From an uncultured Acidimicrobiales bacterium (lineage in GTDB: Bacteria > Actinomycetota > Acidimicrobiia > Acidimicrobiales > CAVXTF01), in NCBI GenBank assembly GCA_963764615.1, contig CAVXTF010000002.1:1410265-1474264 (forward strand): 64,000 nt of DNA, read 5' to 3'. A program made the translations under genes and the position numbers. Position 1 is the first letter of the stretch, and every line of letters starts with the position of its first letter. The notes under the pieces are model-generated. The model ran no database searches. It was given only the letters and a program-made list of their open reading frames with translations, and was not told the DNA's origin. Of the stretch, positions 1 to 10,547 are shown piece by piece.

Positions 1-2189
1 TCGACCGCGAAGAGGGTCACGAGGACGGGTTCGTCGCCGCAGCGGACCTCCGCGCCATGTACGAGCAGGATCCCGAAGCCAGGCGCGTGATCGACGTCGC
101 CAAGGGTCTCGAGAACCTACGCAGACAGGACGGCATCCACGCGGCTGCCGTCGTCATCACCCGCGATCCGCTGATCGAGCACCTGCCGGTGCAGAGAAAG
201 CCAGAAAGCGGACAGGACCCCGCCGAAGCCCCGCTCGTGACGCAGTACGAGATGCACGGCGTCGAGGAGCTCGGCCTGCTCAAGATGGACTTCCTCGGGC
301 TACGGAACCTTTCTGTCATCGAACGCGCCCTCGACCAGATCGAGCGGACGACGGGTTCGAGGCCGGACATCGACCACCTTCCCCTCGACGACGACGAGGT
401 CTTCGCGATGCTGCGTCGCGGCGATGGCATCGGGGTCTTCCAGTTGGAGGGCGGCCCGATGCGGTCTCTCATGCGGTCGCTCGCGCCTGTGAGCTTCGAT
501 GACGTTGCTGCTCTGGTCGCCCTCTACAGGCCCGGGCCGATGGCCGCGAACATGCACAAGGATTATGCGGATCGCAAGAACGGCCGCAAGCCGATCACCC
601 ACCTGCATCCCGACATGGAAGCGGTCCTCGGTGACACGTACGGCCTGATGATCTACCAGGAATCCATGATGCGGGCGGCCCAGAAGTTCGCCGGCTACTC
701 GCTCGAGGAGGCCGACAACCTGAGGAAGGCCTGCGGCAAGAAGATCCGATCGCTCATCGCCGCCGAACGCGAGAAGTTCGTACAGGGCTGCGAGGCGACC
801 GGATACGGAAGCAAGCTCGGTACCCAGCTGTTCGACATAATCGAGCCCTTCGCCGACTACGCCTTCAACAAGTCGCACGCATACGGGTACGGGCTCATCG
901 CCTACCAGACCGCCTGGCTGAAAGTGCATTACCCGGTCGAGTACCTCGCCGCCCTGCTCACGTCTGTCAAGGACGACAAGGACAGGACCGCTGTCTATCT
1001 CGGCGAGTGCAGAGCGCAACGCATCGAAGTTCTCGTGCCCGACGTGAACAGCTCTGCGGCCGAGTTCACGCCCTCGACCGACCAGCAGGGCGGGCGCCGG
1101 ATCGTGTTCGGGCTCGCGGCCGTCCGGAACGTCGGCGAGGGCCTCGTGGAGCGCATCGTCGCCGAGCGTGAGCAAAACGGCCCGTTCGCAGATTTCTACG
1201 ACTTCTGCCGTCGGGTCGACCCCGTCGTGCTCAACAAGCGAACGGTGGAGTCACTCATAAAGGCGGGAGCGTTCGACTCGCTCGGCCACCCGAGGAAGGC
1301 CCTCTGTCTCGTGGCTGAGGACATCGTGGACAGGACCTTGGAGCGCCGCCGTGAGGAGGACGCAGGGATCTCCACGCTGTTCTCGTGTCTCGAGACCGAC
1401 GACGCGGGCTTGGCTCCGAAAGGGTTCGAGGGACTGGGTGACGCCCGGGTTCCGATTGGCGACCAGGAGTTCGACAAGGGTCAGAGGCTCGCATTCGAAA
1501 AAGAGATGCTGGGGTTGTACGTGAGCGACCACCCGCTACGCGGAATTGAGGCGGCACTCGCGAGGTTGACCGAGTGCAGCATCGCGGACCTGAAGGATCT
1601 CGACGACGCCGGAGGTGTGGGCTCAGTCGCGATCCCGTCCGCCGTTCGCGACGGTCAGGTGAAGGTCGTGGGGGGGATCGTTACCGGCCTCAATCGCCGG
1701 TACACCAAGCGGGGCGAGCTGATGGGGACGTTCTTCTTGGAGGACCTCGGAGGGTCGATCGAGGTCTTCGTGTTCCCGAAGGTGATGCAGGTGTACGGAG
1801 CGCTTCTCGCCGACGACTCGGTCGTCGTGGTGAAAGGGCGGATAGACACCCGCGACGAGCAGGTGAAGCTCGTCTGCATGGAGCTTTCGTTCCCGACCCT
1901 CGTCGCCGAGGGTGCCCGCGAGTTACGGCTCCGACTTCCTTTGAACGCCCTCACCGACGGACTGCTCGAGCGCTTGAAGGCCATCCTGTCGGAGCACCCG
2001 GGCGACGAGCCGGTCTATCTGAACGTCGGCCAGAAGACGCTGCGGCTCCCGTCCCAATTCAATGTCGACAGCCGCGGCCTCGCCGGCGAGCTGCTCACCT
2101 TGCTCGGCCCGGGCGCTGTGATGAGCGAGCAGGACCCGCCATCCGGAGCAATCGTGAACGGTCCGGATCAACGGCTGGTCACGGTTTGA
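1..2189 (+). CDS. dnaE: DNA polymerase III alpha subunit (5'-truncated by window edge)
   Basis: Motifs GIHAAAVVI, GLLKMDFLGLRNL, LYRPGPM, YAFNKSH and EKEMLGLYVSDHPL, plus a C-terminal OB fold. Confidence 0.98.
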   Translation, partial: DREEGHEDGFVAAADLRAMYEQDPEARRVIDVAKGLENLRRQDGIHAAAVVITRDPLIEHLPVQRKPESGQDPAEAPLVTQYEMHGVEELGLLKMDFLGLRNLSVIERALDQIERTTGSRPDIDHLPLDDDEVFAMLRRGDGIGVFQLEGGPMRSLMRSLAPVSFDDVAALVALYRPGPMAANMHKDYADRKNGRKPITHLHPDMEAVLGDTYGLMIYQESMMRAAQKFAGYSLEEADNLRKACGKKIRSLIAAEREKFVQGCEATGYGSKLGTQLFDIIEPFADYAFNKSHAYGYGLIAYQTAWLKVHYPVEYLAALLTSVKDDKDRTAVYLGECRAQRIEVLVPDVNSSAAEFTPSTDQQGGRRIVFGLAAVRNVGEGLVERIVAEREQNGPFADFYDFCRRVDPVVLNKRTVESLIKAGAFDSLGHPRKALCLVAEDIVDRTLERRREEDAGISTLFSCLETDDAGLAPKGFEGLGDARVPIGDQEFDKGQRLAFEKEMLGLYVSDHPLRGIEAALARLTECSIADLKDLDDAGGVGSVAIPSAVRDGQVKVVGGIVTGLNRRYTKRGELMGTFFLEDLGGSIEVFVFPKVMQVYGALLADDSVVVVKGRIDTRDEQVKLVCMELSFPTLVAEGARELRLRLPLNALTDGLLERLKAILSEHPGDEPVYLNVGQKTLRLPSQFNVDSRGLAGELLTLLGPGAVMSEQDPPSGAIVNGPDQRLVTV

Positions 2190-2220
2190 CCCCGTAGACC
2201 GGCTGGTCACGGTTTGACCC
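2172..2220 (+). repeat. 21-bp direct repeat (CGGCTGGTCACGGTTTGACCC) duplicating the dnaE 3' end and stop; period 28
   Basis: Identical copies at 2172-2192 and 2200-2220. Confidence 0.9.
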
Positions 2221-2437
2221 TTACCGTACCGGCATCGGCGGAGGTCCCCGGTCGACCGGTAGAATGAGAGTGCTGATCCCTGGCAACAGCGGCATCTAGC
2301 GGTCACAACCTGCCTGGATGTGCCTGTGTAGCGCCGTTCCCGTATTCTGTTATGGGCGCTGCGTGCCAGACGAACGGTCTGCCGCTCGCTGCCAGGTATC
2401 TGCAGGGGGATTTATCCGGATAGGGACGGAGCAGGCG

Positions 2438-3127
2438 ATGCCGTTTGAGGTCGAAACGAAGGACTGCACGTCGCTGAGCGATGCCGAGCTCGCCGAGATG
2501 GGCGACTTGTGCTCAGAGCGTGATCCTCAGTTCGAAGTCGGGTTTCTTTCGAAGCAACGTGAGGAGTGGGTGCTTATCACCCACGTCCGCGAGGGAAAGA
2601 AGCTGCGCGGGTACTCGTTCTGCACGCTCGAGCGGATCGGGGGAACGCCGTCTCTCCTCGTCGGCCTGGCTTCGATCGACCGCACGGCCAAGGCCGACGC
2701 GGTCCTCCGCCATCTGATGGCCGACCAGTACAGGCGGGCCCTTCTGGCTTTCCCGGATGAGGACGTCCTGGTGGGGACCCGAATCGCCACACCCGAGGGG
2801 TTCTGGGCATTTGCGGGGCTGTCAGACGTGGTCCCGAGACCCGGTCACAAGGCTTCCGGCGAAGAGAGAGCTTGGGCGCGGCGTCTCGCCAAGCGGTTCG
2901 GAGCAGAGTCGCGCATAGACGACAGGACCTTCGTACTCGCCGGTGACGGCTCGACGACCGGGGCGCTCGACCACGGAGGCCCCAAGGTGAACACCCCGGC
3001 CGACGAGGTCCTGGGGCTGCTCGCCGAGATGAACAGCGGCCGCGGAGACCGCCTCGTCGTGTTCGGCTGGGCGATGGCCGAGGACCTCGCTTCCGGACGG
3101 ATCACCGCGAGCCGCAACGGGCACTGA
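2438..3127 (+). CDS. Conserved hypothetical protein, possible GNAT-like fold
   Basis: ATG at 2438 follows a GGAG-containing SD-like sequence; typical codon pattern; beta-strand pattern (KLRGYSFCTL...LLVGLASID) resembles GNAT. Confidence 0.7.
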   Translation: MPFEVETKDCTSLSDAELAEMGDLCSERDPQFEVGFLSKQREEWVLITHVREGKKLRGYSFCTLERIGGTPSLLVGLASIDRTAKADAVLRHLMADQYRRALLAFPDEDVLVGTRIATPEGFWAFAGLSDVVPRPGHKASGEERAWARRLAKRFGAESRIDDRTFVLAGDGSTTGALDHGGPKVNTPADEVLGLLAEMNSGRGDRLVVFGWAMAEDLASGRITASRNGH

Positions 3128-3199
3128 GCCAGATTTTTTGGTAGCTGCTTTCGGGTCCTCGTTGGGCGACAGAGCGGACCGGCTCGAGATCGGCCTAGT

Positions 3200-3961
3200 T
3201 CAGGGTCGAGGAAGCATGGCGACGATCGTCTTGTAGCAGTGCCCTGAGCGCGGTGGGGTCAGCGCCACCAGAAGGTATCTGGGTCGAAACCCGATGGCGG
3301 TGGCCAGGTCCTTGCCGGTGAGCTTGTCGCGTCCGGCCGCCCATAAGCACGAAATGGCTCGGTTGTCCTCGACGGGCAGCCAGTTGTCGCTCCGGGACCA
3401 TCCGAAACGTGCCCAGGTGGTGTCGTCGGCCTGACGGCGGAACAGCAACGGTCCCATGGCAGGGGCCACAAGTGCCAGAGACGGCCGCATGCCACGGAAC
3501 TCCCAGTATGGAGCGGCGGATCCTGCGAACCCGAGCAGATGCCTCTCGTTCGGAGCTACGAGGGCCCTCAGCCGGCGCCGGGCCTGGCGTTTCGGCGCCG
3601 AACCGACCACTTCCGGAAACCCGGTTATCGAGACCGCCTCGGGGTGTGCCAGATCGTCCCGCTCCGGGTCGAAGGAAATGCTCGCCTCGACCAGGTCGAA
3701 CGGCTTGAGCTCGGAGCTGTCTCTGCCGAACCCGGCCACCCGCAGCCGCGCCAGTGCGCCCGAGCGCATGTCCACCGCTGCGACATCGTCGGGACCGCTC
3801 GCGAGAACCATGTACCGGCGCGCGCCCGTGGCCCTCGCCGAGCCTGCCTTGGGGCGAGGCGTCTTCGTGTGGGCGTTCTTCCGGTGCCGACGGGGGCCGC
3901 CTAGCTCTTCGGGACTCAGGGCGAATTTCGTATCCGGGTCCACCGTCTCGTACGTGCTCAT
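3200..3961 (-). CDS. Hypothetical protein resembling dual-OB-domain proteins
   Basis: Motif order VLAS...AVD..SG, PFDLVE, HPEAV, PSLALV, ARF...[28 protein letters not shown]-coupled to the upstream gene. Confidence 0.65.
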   Translation of the reverse strand: MSTYETVDPDTKFALSPEELGGPRRHRKNAHTKTPRPKAGSARATGARRYMVLASGPDDVAAVDMRSGALARLRVAGFGRDSSELKPFDLVEASISFDPERDDLAHPEAVSITGFPEVVGSAPKRQARRRLRALVAPNERHLLGFAGSAAPYWEFRGMRPSLALVAPAMGPLLFRRQADDTTWARFGWSRSDNWLPVEDNRAISCLWAAGRDKLTGKDLATAIGFRPRYLLVALTPPRSGHCYKTIVAMLPRP

Positions 3962-6096
3962 CTAGAAACTCTGCCTTCGCTCGCGGCGGGATTCGTGGAT
4001 GATGCACGACCCGGCTCGTCCGTGCCGTTCCAACTGAGCGGTCCCGTCCGTGCGATCGGGGGACCCGTCCTCGCCGCTTCTCCCTCCAGCTGGGCCGTGA
4101 GCACATCCACGGTCGCGGCGGGGGCGAGGCAGGTGTTTCGATGACAGACGTATGCGGCCCCGTCAGGCCTGTCGTCCCAAAGTGGTGAAGACGTTCTTTC
4201 GCCCCAGGCCACGACGGCGTCGGGCTCGTAGCGGGCGCGAACGCAGTCGAGTAGATCCGGACGATCTCCGGTGACGGTGATTTCGACGACGCCGCCTCCC
4301 GCCAGCACCATCGCCCCGAGGGCATTGGCGACCGCGAGCGGATGATCGGACCCGAGTGGAACGAGCAGGCCGAGAAGGCGCTCTGCCGACCTGACGAGCT
4401 TCTGGTCCCCCGTAAGAGAACCGAGCCGGAGCATCGCCTGCGCCGCGACCGATGCAGCAGAAGGAGTTGCATCGTCGAGCAGATCCACGGGTCGCACCAG
4501 TATCGGCTCAGCGTCTGAACCCGTGCTCCAAAGCGCACCCGTCGTGTCGTCGCCGAAGAGCTCGAGCATCGAGACCGCCGCATCCGAAGCGTGCTGCAAC
4601 CATTCGCTCTTCCCTGTCAGCTCACCGAGGCGCGTGAAGCAGTCGACGACCCATGCGTAGTCCGCTGCGTATCCCAGGTGGCGTGCGACGCCTTCCTGCC
4701 ACGAGCGCATGAAGCGTCCGTCCGTCCCGCGAAGGTCGGAGAGCAAGAAGCGTCCGATCGCCACGGCGCGGTCCGCCCAGTCCTCACGACCCGCTGCTGC
4801 GGCAGCCTGGGCGAGCGAGGAAGCGAACATGGCATTCCATTCGGTGAGCACCTTGTCGTCGCGCCCTGGGCGGATGCGCGTCGACCTGGCCTCGAAGAGC
4901 TGCGCGCGGGCAAGCTCAATGTCGGCCGGACGTTCGAGGGCTCCACCCATCGGCCTCCTGAGTATCGACCGCCCTTCGAAGTTCCCTCCCTCGGACACGC
5001 CGTACCAGCCGATGGCTGCAGTCGCGAGGTCCGCCGGCAGGACGGCAGCGATCTCGTCGGGGGTCCACGTGTAGAACAGTCCCTCCACACCCTGTGAGTC
5101 AGCGTCCTCCGCCGCGCACAGGCCTGCGACCCCCGGGGCCTGAAGGTCTCTCAGGACGTAGCCGACAGTCTCGTCCACGACCTGGAGGAACCGCGGGTCC
5201 CGGGTGAGCTGCCATGCGTGTACGTAGGCGAGAACGAGACCCGCCTGGTCGTAGAGCATCTTCTCGAAGTGCGGGACCGTCCACGTGTCGTCCGTCGAGT
5301 AGCGGGCGAAGCCTCCTCCGAGATGGTCGTAGATGCCCCCGGCGGCCATCGCATCGAGCGTGGTGGCGGCCATAGCGAGTGACAGGGCGTCCCCGCTGCA
5401 GTGGTGGTGGCGCAGGCAAAGCTCGATCAGTGCGGTCTGCGGGAACTTCGGCGCAGGCCCGAAACCTCCGAAGCGCGGATCGTGACGTGCTGCGAGCTCT
5501 GCAGTCGCCTGGTCGAGGAGTCGCTTCGAGACGAGCGACCAGTTCAGATCCTCGCCGTGCTTCCCCCCGGAGGCCGACAGCAGGTTGTCAGCGATGCCGG
5601 CGTGTCGCCGAACGGAATCCGACAGCTCGTCGGCCTGCTTCTCGAGCTCGCCGCGCTTGTGCTTCCAGGCGTCGTCGATCGCCCGCAGGACGCGGTGGAA
5701 GCTCGGCATCCCGTGAGTGTCTCTGTCCGGGAAGTAGGTCCCCGCGAAGAAGGGCCTTCCATCGGGAGTGAGAAACACCGTCATCGGCCATCCGCCTCGG
5801 CCGCTCATCGCCTGAACCGCTTCCATGTACACGGCGTCCACATCCGGACGTTCCTCGCGGTCGACCTTCACGGCGACGAAAGCCGAGTTGATCTCTGCAG
5901 CGGTGGCCGGATCCTCGAACGACTCGTGAGCCATCACGTGGCACCAGTGACAAGCCGAGTAGCCGACGGAGAGTAGGACGGGAGTATCCCTTGCGTGCGC
6001 GGCTGCGAACGCCTCGTCACCCCACGGATACCAGTCGACCGGATTGTCCGCGTGCTGGCGCAGGTACGGGCTCGGCTCCTGTGCGAGCCGGTTCAC
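3958..6096 (-). CDS. Thioredoxin domain-containing protein, YyaL/SSP411 family
   Basis: [48 protein letters not shown]. Confidence 0.95.
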   Translation of the reverse strand: MNRLAQEPSPYLRQHADNPVDWYPWGDEAFAAAHARDTPVLLSVGYSACHWCHVMAHESFEDPATAAEINSAFVAVKVDREERPDVDAVYMEAVQAMSGRGGWPMTVFLTPDGRPFFAGTYFPDRDTHGMPSFHRVLRAIDDAWKHKRGELEKQADELSDSVRRHAGIADNLLSASGGKHGEDLNWSLVSKRLLDQATAELAARHDPRFGGFGPAPKFPQTALIELCLRHHHCSGDALSLAMAATTLDAMAAGGIYDHLGGGFARYSTDDTWTVPHFEKMLYDQAGLVLAYVHAWQLTRDPRFLQVVDETVGYVLRDLQAPGVAGLCAAEDADSQGVEGLFYTWTPDEIAAVLPADLATAAIGWYGVSEGGNFEGRSILRRPMGGALERPADIELARAQLFEARSTRIRPGRDDKVLTEWNAMFASSLAQAAAAAGREDWADRAVAIGRFLLSDLRGTDGRFMRSWQEGVARHLGYAADYAWVVDCFTRLGELTGKSEWLQHASDAAVSMLELFGDDTTGALWSTGSDAEPILVRPVDLLDDATPSAASVAAQAMLRLGSLTGDQKLVRSAERLLGLLVPLGSDHPLAVANALGAMVLAGGGVVEITVTGDRPDLLDCVRARYEPDAVVAWGERTSSPLWDDRPDGAAYVCHRNTCLAPAATVDVLTAQLEGEAARTGPPIARTGPLSWNGTDEPGRASSTNPAASEGRVSR

Positions 6097-6309
6097 CCCG
6101 CCCTATCCCGCGCGTCGCCGTGTACGGGCGCCGCCCCTCCACCCGATGCCGTAGATCCGCCCATAACTCGACTCGATGCTACGACGCGATCGCCCTCTAA
6201 ATCAGGTTGACCCCGCCAGCCGGATCGCCGGAAGGGTCATCTCCACCCTCTCCAGCATTTCTGGGACCTTTCTATGTCACCGGCGCCGCGCGAGCCGTAG
6301 GGTTCGGGC

Positions 6310-7074
6310 GTGGAGATCCGTCTGGACGGAAAGGTTGCCCTGGTCACAGGTGCGAGCCGGGGAATCGGCAAGGCCATGGCGGTTGCCTTCGCCCGGGCTG
6401 GTGCAAGGGTCATGCTGTCGTCGCGCAAGCCCGAGGCGCTCGAGCAGGCAGCGTCGCAGATCGCTGCCGAGGGCGGCGAGGTCGCCTGGCATGCGGCGAA
6501 CGCCGGTGACAGTGAGCAGGCTGAAGCCTGCGTCGGGGCGACGGTGCGTCAGTTCGGCTCTCTCGACATCCTGGTCAACAACGCCGCAACCAATCCCTAC
6601 TTCGGGCCGATCATCGACATCGAGCCCTCTCAGGTTCGAAAGACCGTCCTCGTCAATCAGGAGGCGGCGCTTCACTGGACCCAGCTCGCGTGGCGTGCAT
6701 CCATGCAGGAGCGCGGCGGGGCCGTTCTCAACATCTCGTCCGTGGGAGGGCTCTCGGTCGAGCCCGGGATCGGTTGGTACAACGTCACCAAAGCGGCACT
6801 CGCGCACCTGACACGACAGCTGGCCGGCGAGCTCGGCCCGAAGGTCCGTGTCAATGCGCTCGCCCCGGGACTCGTCAGGACCGAGTTTGCGAGAGCCCTG
6901 TGGGAACCTGCAGGTGACGCGGTGGCTCGGCGGCTGCCGCTCAAGCGGCTCGGTGAGCCGGAGGACATCGCCTCCGCCGGCCTCTTTCTGGTCTCGGACG
7001 CCGCCTCGTGGATCACGGGCCATGTACTCGTGATCGACGGGGGAGCGATGGTGGTCGCGAGCGGCGGGATCTGA
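6310..7074 (+). CDS. SDR family oxidoreductase
   Basis: TGASRGIG, VNNAA, YxxxK (YNVTK), WITG. Confidence 0.95.
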   Translation: MEIRLDGKVALVTGASRGIGKAMAVAFARAGARVMLSSRKPEALEQAASQIAAEGGEVAWHAANAGDSEQAEACVGATVRQFGSLDILVNNAATNPYFGPIIDIEPSQVRKTVLVNQEAALHWTQLAWRASMQERGGAVLNISSVGGLSVEPGIGWYNVTKAALAHLTRQLAGELGPKVRVNALAPGLVRTEFARALWEPAGDAVARRLPLKRLGEPEDIASAGLFLVSDAASWITGHVLVIDGGAMVVASGGI

Positions 7075-7103
7075 GCCCAGCCACGTCGGTTAATCTCTAG
7101 CTC

Positions 7104-7183
7104 GTGGGTTGATCCAGACACCTCGAACTAATACGCGCGCCGCGCGCGCTGCCTGTTCGTAACCGTGTCGTCTGGAGGTTTGA
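7104..7183 (+). promoter_or_regulatory. Putative attenuator/SD-sequestering hairpin upstream of the ABC-F gene
   Basis: Nested inverted repeats TCCAGAC(7113-7119)/GTCTGGA(7170-7176), CGAAC/GTTCG and GCGCGC/GCGCGC; the 3' arm overlaps the SD GGAGG (7174-7178). Confidence 0.5.
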
Positions 7184-8863
7184 ATGCCCGTTCGCCCCAA
7201 CTCAGTTTCAAGATCCGTCGCGCACGGCGCACAAGGCGCACACGGCGCCCAGGCGACGCTCGTATGCAGAGACGTTTGCTTCGACCGCGGAGCGGAGCCG
7301 GTCCTTGCCCATGTGTCGTTTTCGATCGGACCCGGCACGTGCCTCGGGGTCGTCGGCCCGAACGGTGTCGGGAAGTCCACGCTTCTCAAGGTGCTCGCGG
7401 GCATCGAGGTGCCCGACTCCGGCAGGGTCGAGCTCTCCCCTCCGGGCGCCTCATGTGTCTATGTCGAGCAGGAACGAGTTGCCGACGTCGTAAGGACCGA
7501 GACCGTGCGTCAAGCGCTCGTGAGAAGAAGTGGCATAGAGCCAGCTGTTTCTGAGCTCACTCAGGCGGCTGCAGGACTCGGAGCGGACGAGCCCGGAGCT
7601 CACGACCGCTACGAGATCGCGCTCGAGCGAGTCGCGGCGTTCGGTTCGGACCATGACGCGGCCGTGGACGCGGCGCTGTCCAACGCAGGCCTGACCGGGC
7701 TGTCCGACCGTGACGTAGCGGTGCTCTCGGGGGGAGAAGCGGCGAAGCTCGCGCTCTCGGCGCTGGCCATCGCCCCGGCAGACATCCTTCTGCTCGACGA
7801 GCCGACCAACGATCTGGACTTCGAAGGACTGGCCAGGCTCGAAGACCTCGTCGCCTCGCGAAGAGGTGCGACCGTGGTCGTGTCCCACGACAGGGCGTTT
7901 CTCGAACGCACCGTGACCGCTGTGCTCGAGCTCGACGAGCACGATCACACGGCGAGCCTGTTCGAGGGAGGTTGGCACGCCTACGAGGAGGAGAGGGCGA
8001 CCGCCAGGCGACACGCGCAAGAGGCGTATGCCCTCTACAGCGAGCGCAAGAAAGCACTCGAGGCACGGGCGAGGCGCGAGCGCGAATGGGCGACGACAGG
8101 TGTCCGCAAAGAGCAACGCGCCATGCGCGACAACGACAAGGCCCAGCGCGACTTCCGGATCAACCGCACCGAAAAGCTGGCTGCACGCGCGCGGCGGACC
8201 GAGCGCGAGTCCGAGCGCCTCGAGGTCGTCGACAAGCCCTGGGAGGGTTGGCAGCTCCGTTTTTCGATCACCGAGACTCATCGTTCGGGCGATGTGGTCG
8301 CGCGGCTCGACGGAGCGGTGGTAGTGCGCGGAGAATTCCGCCTCGGGCCGATCGACCTGCAGATCTCGTGGGGCGACCACCTCGCGATCGCGGGGAGAAA
8401 TGGTGCCGGCAAGTCCACCCTTGTGGCAGCGATGCTCGGTCGCATCCCTCTCGCCGAGGGCGCGCAACACCTCGGGCCAGGAGTCGTGGTCGGCGAGCTC
8501 GGTCAAGAACGCAGAGCTCTGTCGCAGTCGACCACGCTGCTCGAGGCGGTGTGCACGAGGCTCGGTCTCACGACGACCGAAGCGAGGACGCTTCTCGCCA
8601 AGTTCGGCCTCGGTAGAGATCACGTGACTCGCTCGGGAGCATCGCTCTCGCCGGGCGAACGCACCCGTGCGGAGCTCGCCACCTTCCAGGCGTTGGGAGT
8701 GAACCTGCTGGTGCTCGACGAGCCCACGAACCATCTCGACCTTCCGGCGATCGAGCAGCTCGAAAGCGCGCTTGGATCGTTCGGAGGAACAGTGGTGCTC
8801 GTCTCGCACGATCGGCGCCTGCTCGAAGAGGTTCACCTGACGCGTCGCATCGAGCTGCCGTAG
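7184..8863 (+). CDS. ABC-F family ATPase (tandem ABC domains, no TM segments)
   Basis: GPNGVGKST/LSGGE/LDEPTND and GRNGAGKST/LSPGE/LDEPTNH joined by a helical linker. Confidence 0.93.
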   Translation: MPVRPNSVSRSVAHGAQGAHGAQATLVCRDVCFDRGAEPVLAHVSFSIGPGTCLGVVGPNGVGKSTLLKVLAGIEVPDSGRVELSPPGASCVYVEQERVADVVRTETVRQALVRRSGIEPAVSELTQAAAGLGADEPGAHDRYEIALERVAAFGSDHDAAVDAALSNAGLTGLSDRDVAVLSGGEAAKLALSALAIAPADILLLDEPTNDLDFEGLARLEDLVASRRGATVVVSHDRAFLERTVTAVLELDEHDHTASLFEGGWHAYEEERATARRHAQEAYALYSERKKALEARARREREWATTGVRKEQRAMRDNDKAQRDFRINRTEKLAARARRTERESERLEVVDKPWEGWQLRFSITETHRSGDVVARLDGAVVVRGEFRLGPIDLQISWGDHLAIAGRNGAGKSTLVAAMLGRIPLAEGAQHLGPGVVVGELGQERRALSQSTTLLEAVCTRLGLTTTEARTLLAKFGLGRDHVTRSGASLSPGERTRAELATFQALGVNLLVLDEPTNHLDLPAIEQLESALGSFGGTVVLVSHDRRLLEEVHLTRRIELP

Positions 8864-8983
8864 GGCGGACCCAGCTGCGTGACGCTGAGAGGTCATGGGC
8901 AGCTATGAGCTCTAACGACGACTCACGTCGGATCGGCTGAATGAACCGATTTCGCGAGCGCTCGCCGGTAAGATAGTGACCCC

Positions 8984-10510
8984 GTGACCATCGTCGCGCC
9001 CCCTCGCCAAGCTCCGCCTTCTCGTCGCGGCTCCAAGAAGACGACCAGACGCGGCCGCCACGGCCTACGTCCGGTCCGTCGCTGGCCGAAGCGCGCTCTG
9101 ATCGCGGTGGGCTCGTTGCTGCTGATCCTGATCATGCTCGTCGTGGGCACGATCGTGTACGTGAACTACCGCCTCGACCAGGTGAAGACCGCGGGTTGCG
9201 CAACGTGCGTCGCTGCGGCTGCGGGGCAACCGTTCACGGTCTTACTCATCGGGTCCGACTCGCGCCAGTTCGTCGACGACTCGACGGAGGCTGCGCAGTT
9301 CGGCAGTGCGCAGGCGCAGGGGGGCCAGCGATCCGACGTCACCATCGTGGCGCGCATCGTGCCGGCCACCCACCAGGTACTGCTCATGTCGATCCCGCGC
9401 GACCTGTGGGTCGACATCCCCGGAAGCGTCCCTGACGTCTCGGGGATGAACAGGATCAACGCGGCCTTCAACAACGGTCCGAACCTGCTCGTCCAGACGA
9501 TCGAGACGGATCTCGGGGTTTCCATCAACGACTTCGCCGAGATCAACTTCCCGGGCCTCGAGGGGATGGTGAATTCGCTCGGCGGGATCTATCTCGACTT
9601 TCCGATGCCGGTCAAAGACGCGTTCAGCGGGTTGAACATAAACAAGACCGGCTGCCAGCTCGTGAGCGGGGCGCAGTCTCTGGCCCTGGTACGCAGCCGC
9701 CACCTCTTCTACTTCCAGAACGGCACCTGGAACGCCGATGTCCAGAGCGACTTCAGCCGGATCCAGCGCCAGGACGTCTTCTTCAGGGCAATGATCACGC
9801 GCACGCACCAGAAGATCATCGACCCGCTGTCGATGAATGCGTTCCTCGGAGCCGTGGCGACCGACATCACGGTCAACAAGGCCTTCAAAGGGCAGCTGCT
9901 CGGCCTGGCCGAGACGTTCCACTCGGTCGGTGTCAACTCGCTCAAGACCGAGACCCTGCCGACCACGGAGTACACCACCTCCGGTGGTGCCGACGTGTTG
10001 CAGGCGGCCCAGCCGTACGCCGCCTCGATGATCGCCCAGTTCAAGGCGTTCGGGACGACGCCGGCGCCGGGCTCCAAGTCCACCGGATCCAACAAGGGCT
10101 CGTCTGCGTTGCCGGCGTCCTCGATCCATGTGGACGTCCTGAACGGTGACGGGACGAGCGGGCTCGCCGCAACGGTCTCGGGGGAGCTCGCCAAGGAGGG
10201 TTACTCCGTGACGGGCACGGGCAACGCGCCGTCGTTCAGCTACATCACGAGCCAGATCCAGTACGCGCCTGGCCACCTGGCCGCCGCCCAACAATTCGCC
10301 GCTTCGATCTCGGGAGGTTCGCAGACTGCGGCCGACCCGGCTCTGACCGGCAACTCGATCATCTTCACCGTCGGATCGGCATTCGTCGGCATGAAGGGCA
10401 CGTCTTCTGACTCGGGCGCCGGCTCCACCACAGCGACGACACAGCCTCCTCCTAACGTCGTTACGAACACGCAGACAGAGCCGTGGAATCCCAAGGTCTG
10501 CACCGCTTGA
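8984..10510 (+). CDS. LCP (LytR-CpsA-Psr) family protein with C-terminal LytR_C domain
   Basis: N-terminal TM helix, LIGSDSR, RSD, SIPRDL, RINAA, SDFSRIQRQ; C-terminal VDVLNG. Confidence 0.93.
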   Translation: MTIVAPPRQAPPSRRGSKKTTRRGRHGLRPVRRWPKRALIAVGSLLLILIMLVVGTIVYVNYRLDQVKTAGCATCVAAAAGQPFTVLLIGSDSRQFVDDSTEAAQFGSAQAQGGQRSDVTIVARIVPATHQVLLMSIPRDLWVDIPGSVPDVSGMNRINAAFNNGPNLLVQTIETDLGVSINDFAEINFPGLEGMVNSLGGIYLDFPMPVKDAFSGLNINKTGCQLVSGAQSLALVRSRHLFYFQNGTWNADVQSDFSRIQRQDVFFRAMITRTHQKIIDPLSMNAFLGAVATDITVNKAFKGQLLGLAETFHSVGVNSLKTETLPTTEYTTSGGADVLQAAQPYAASMIAQFKAFGTTPAPGSKSTGSNKGSSALPASSIHVDVLNGDGTSGLAATVSGELAKEGYSVTGTGNAPSFSYITSQIQYAPGHLAAAQQFAASISGGSQTAADPALTGNSIIFTVGSAFVGMKGTSSDSGAGSTTATTQPPPNVVTNTQTEPWNPKVCTA

Positions 10511-10547
10511 TGCTCGTCCGTTCGGGCTCTACAGGGAACCGGGACCG

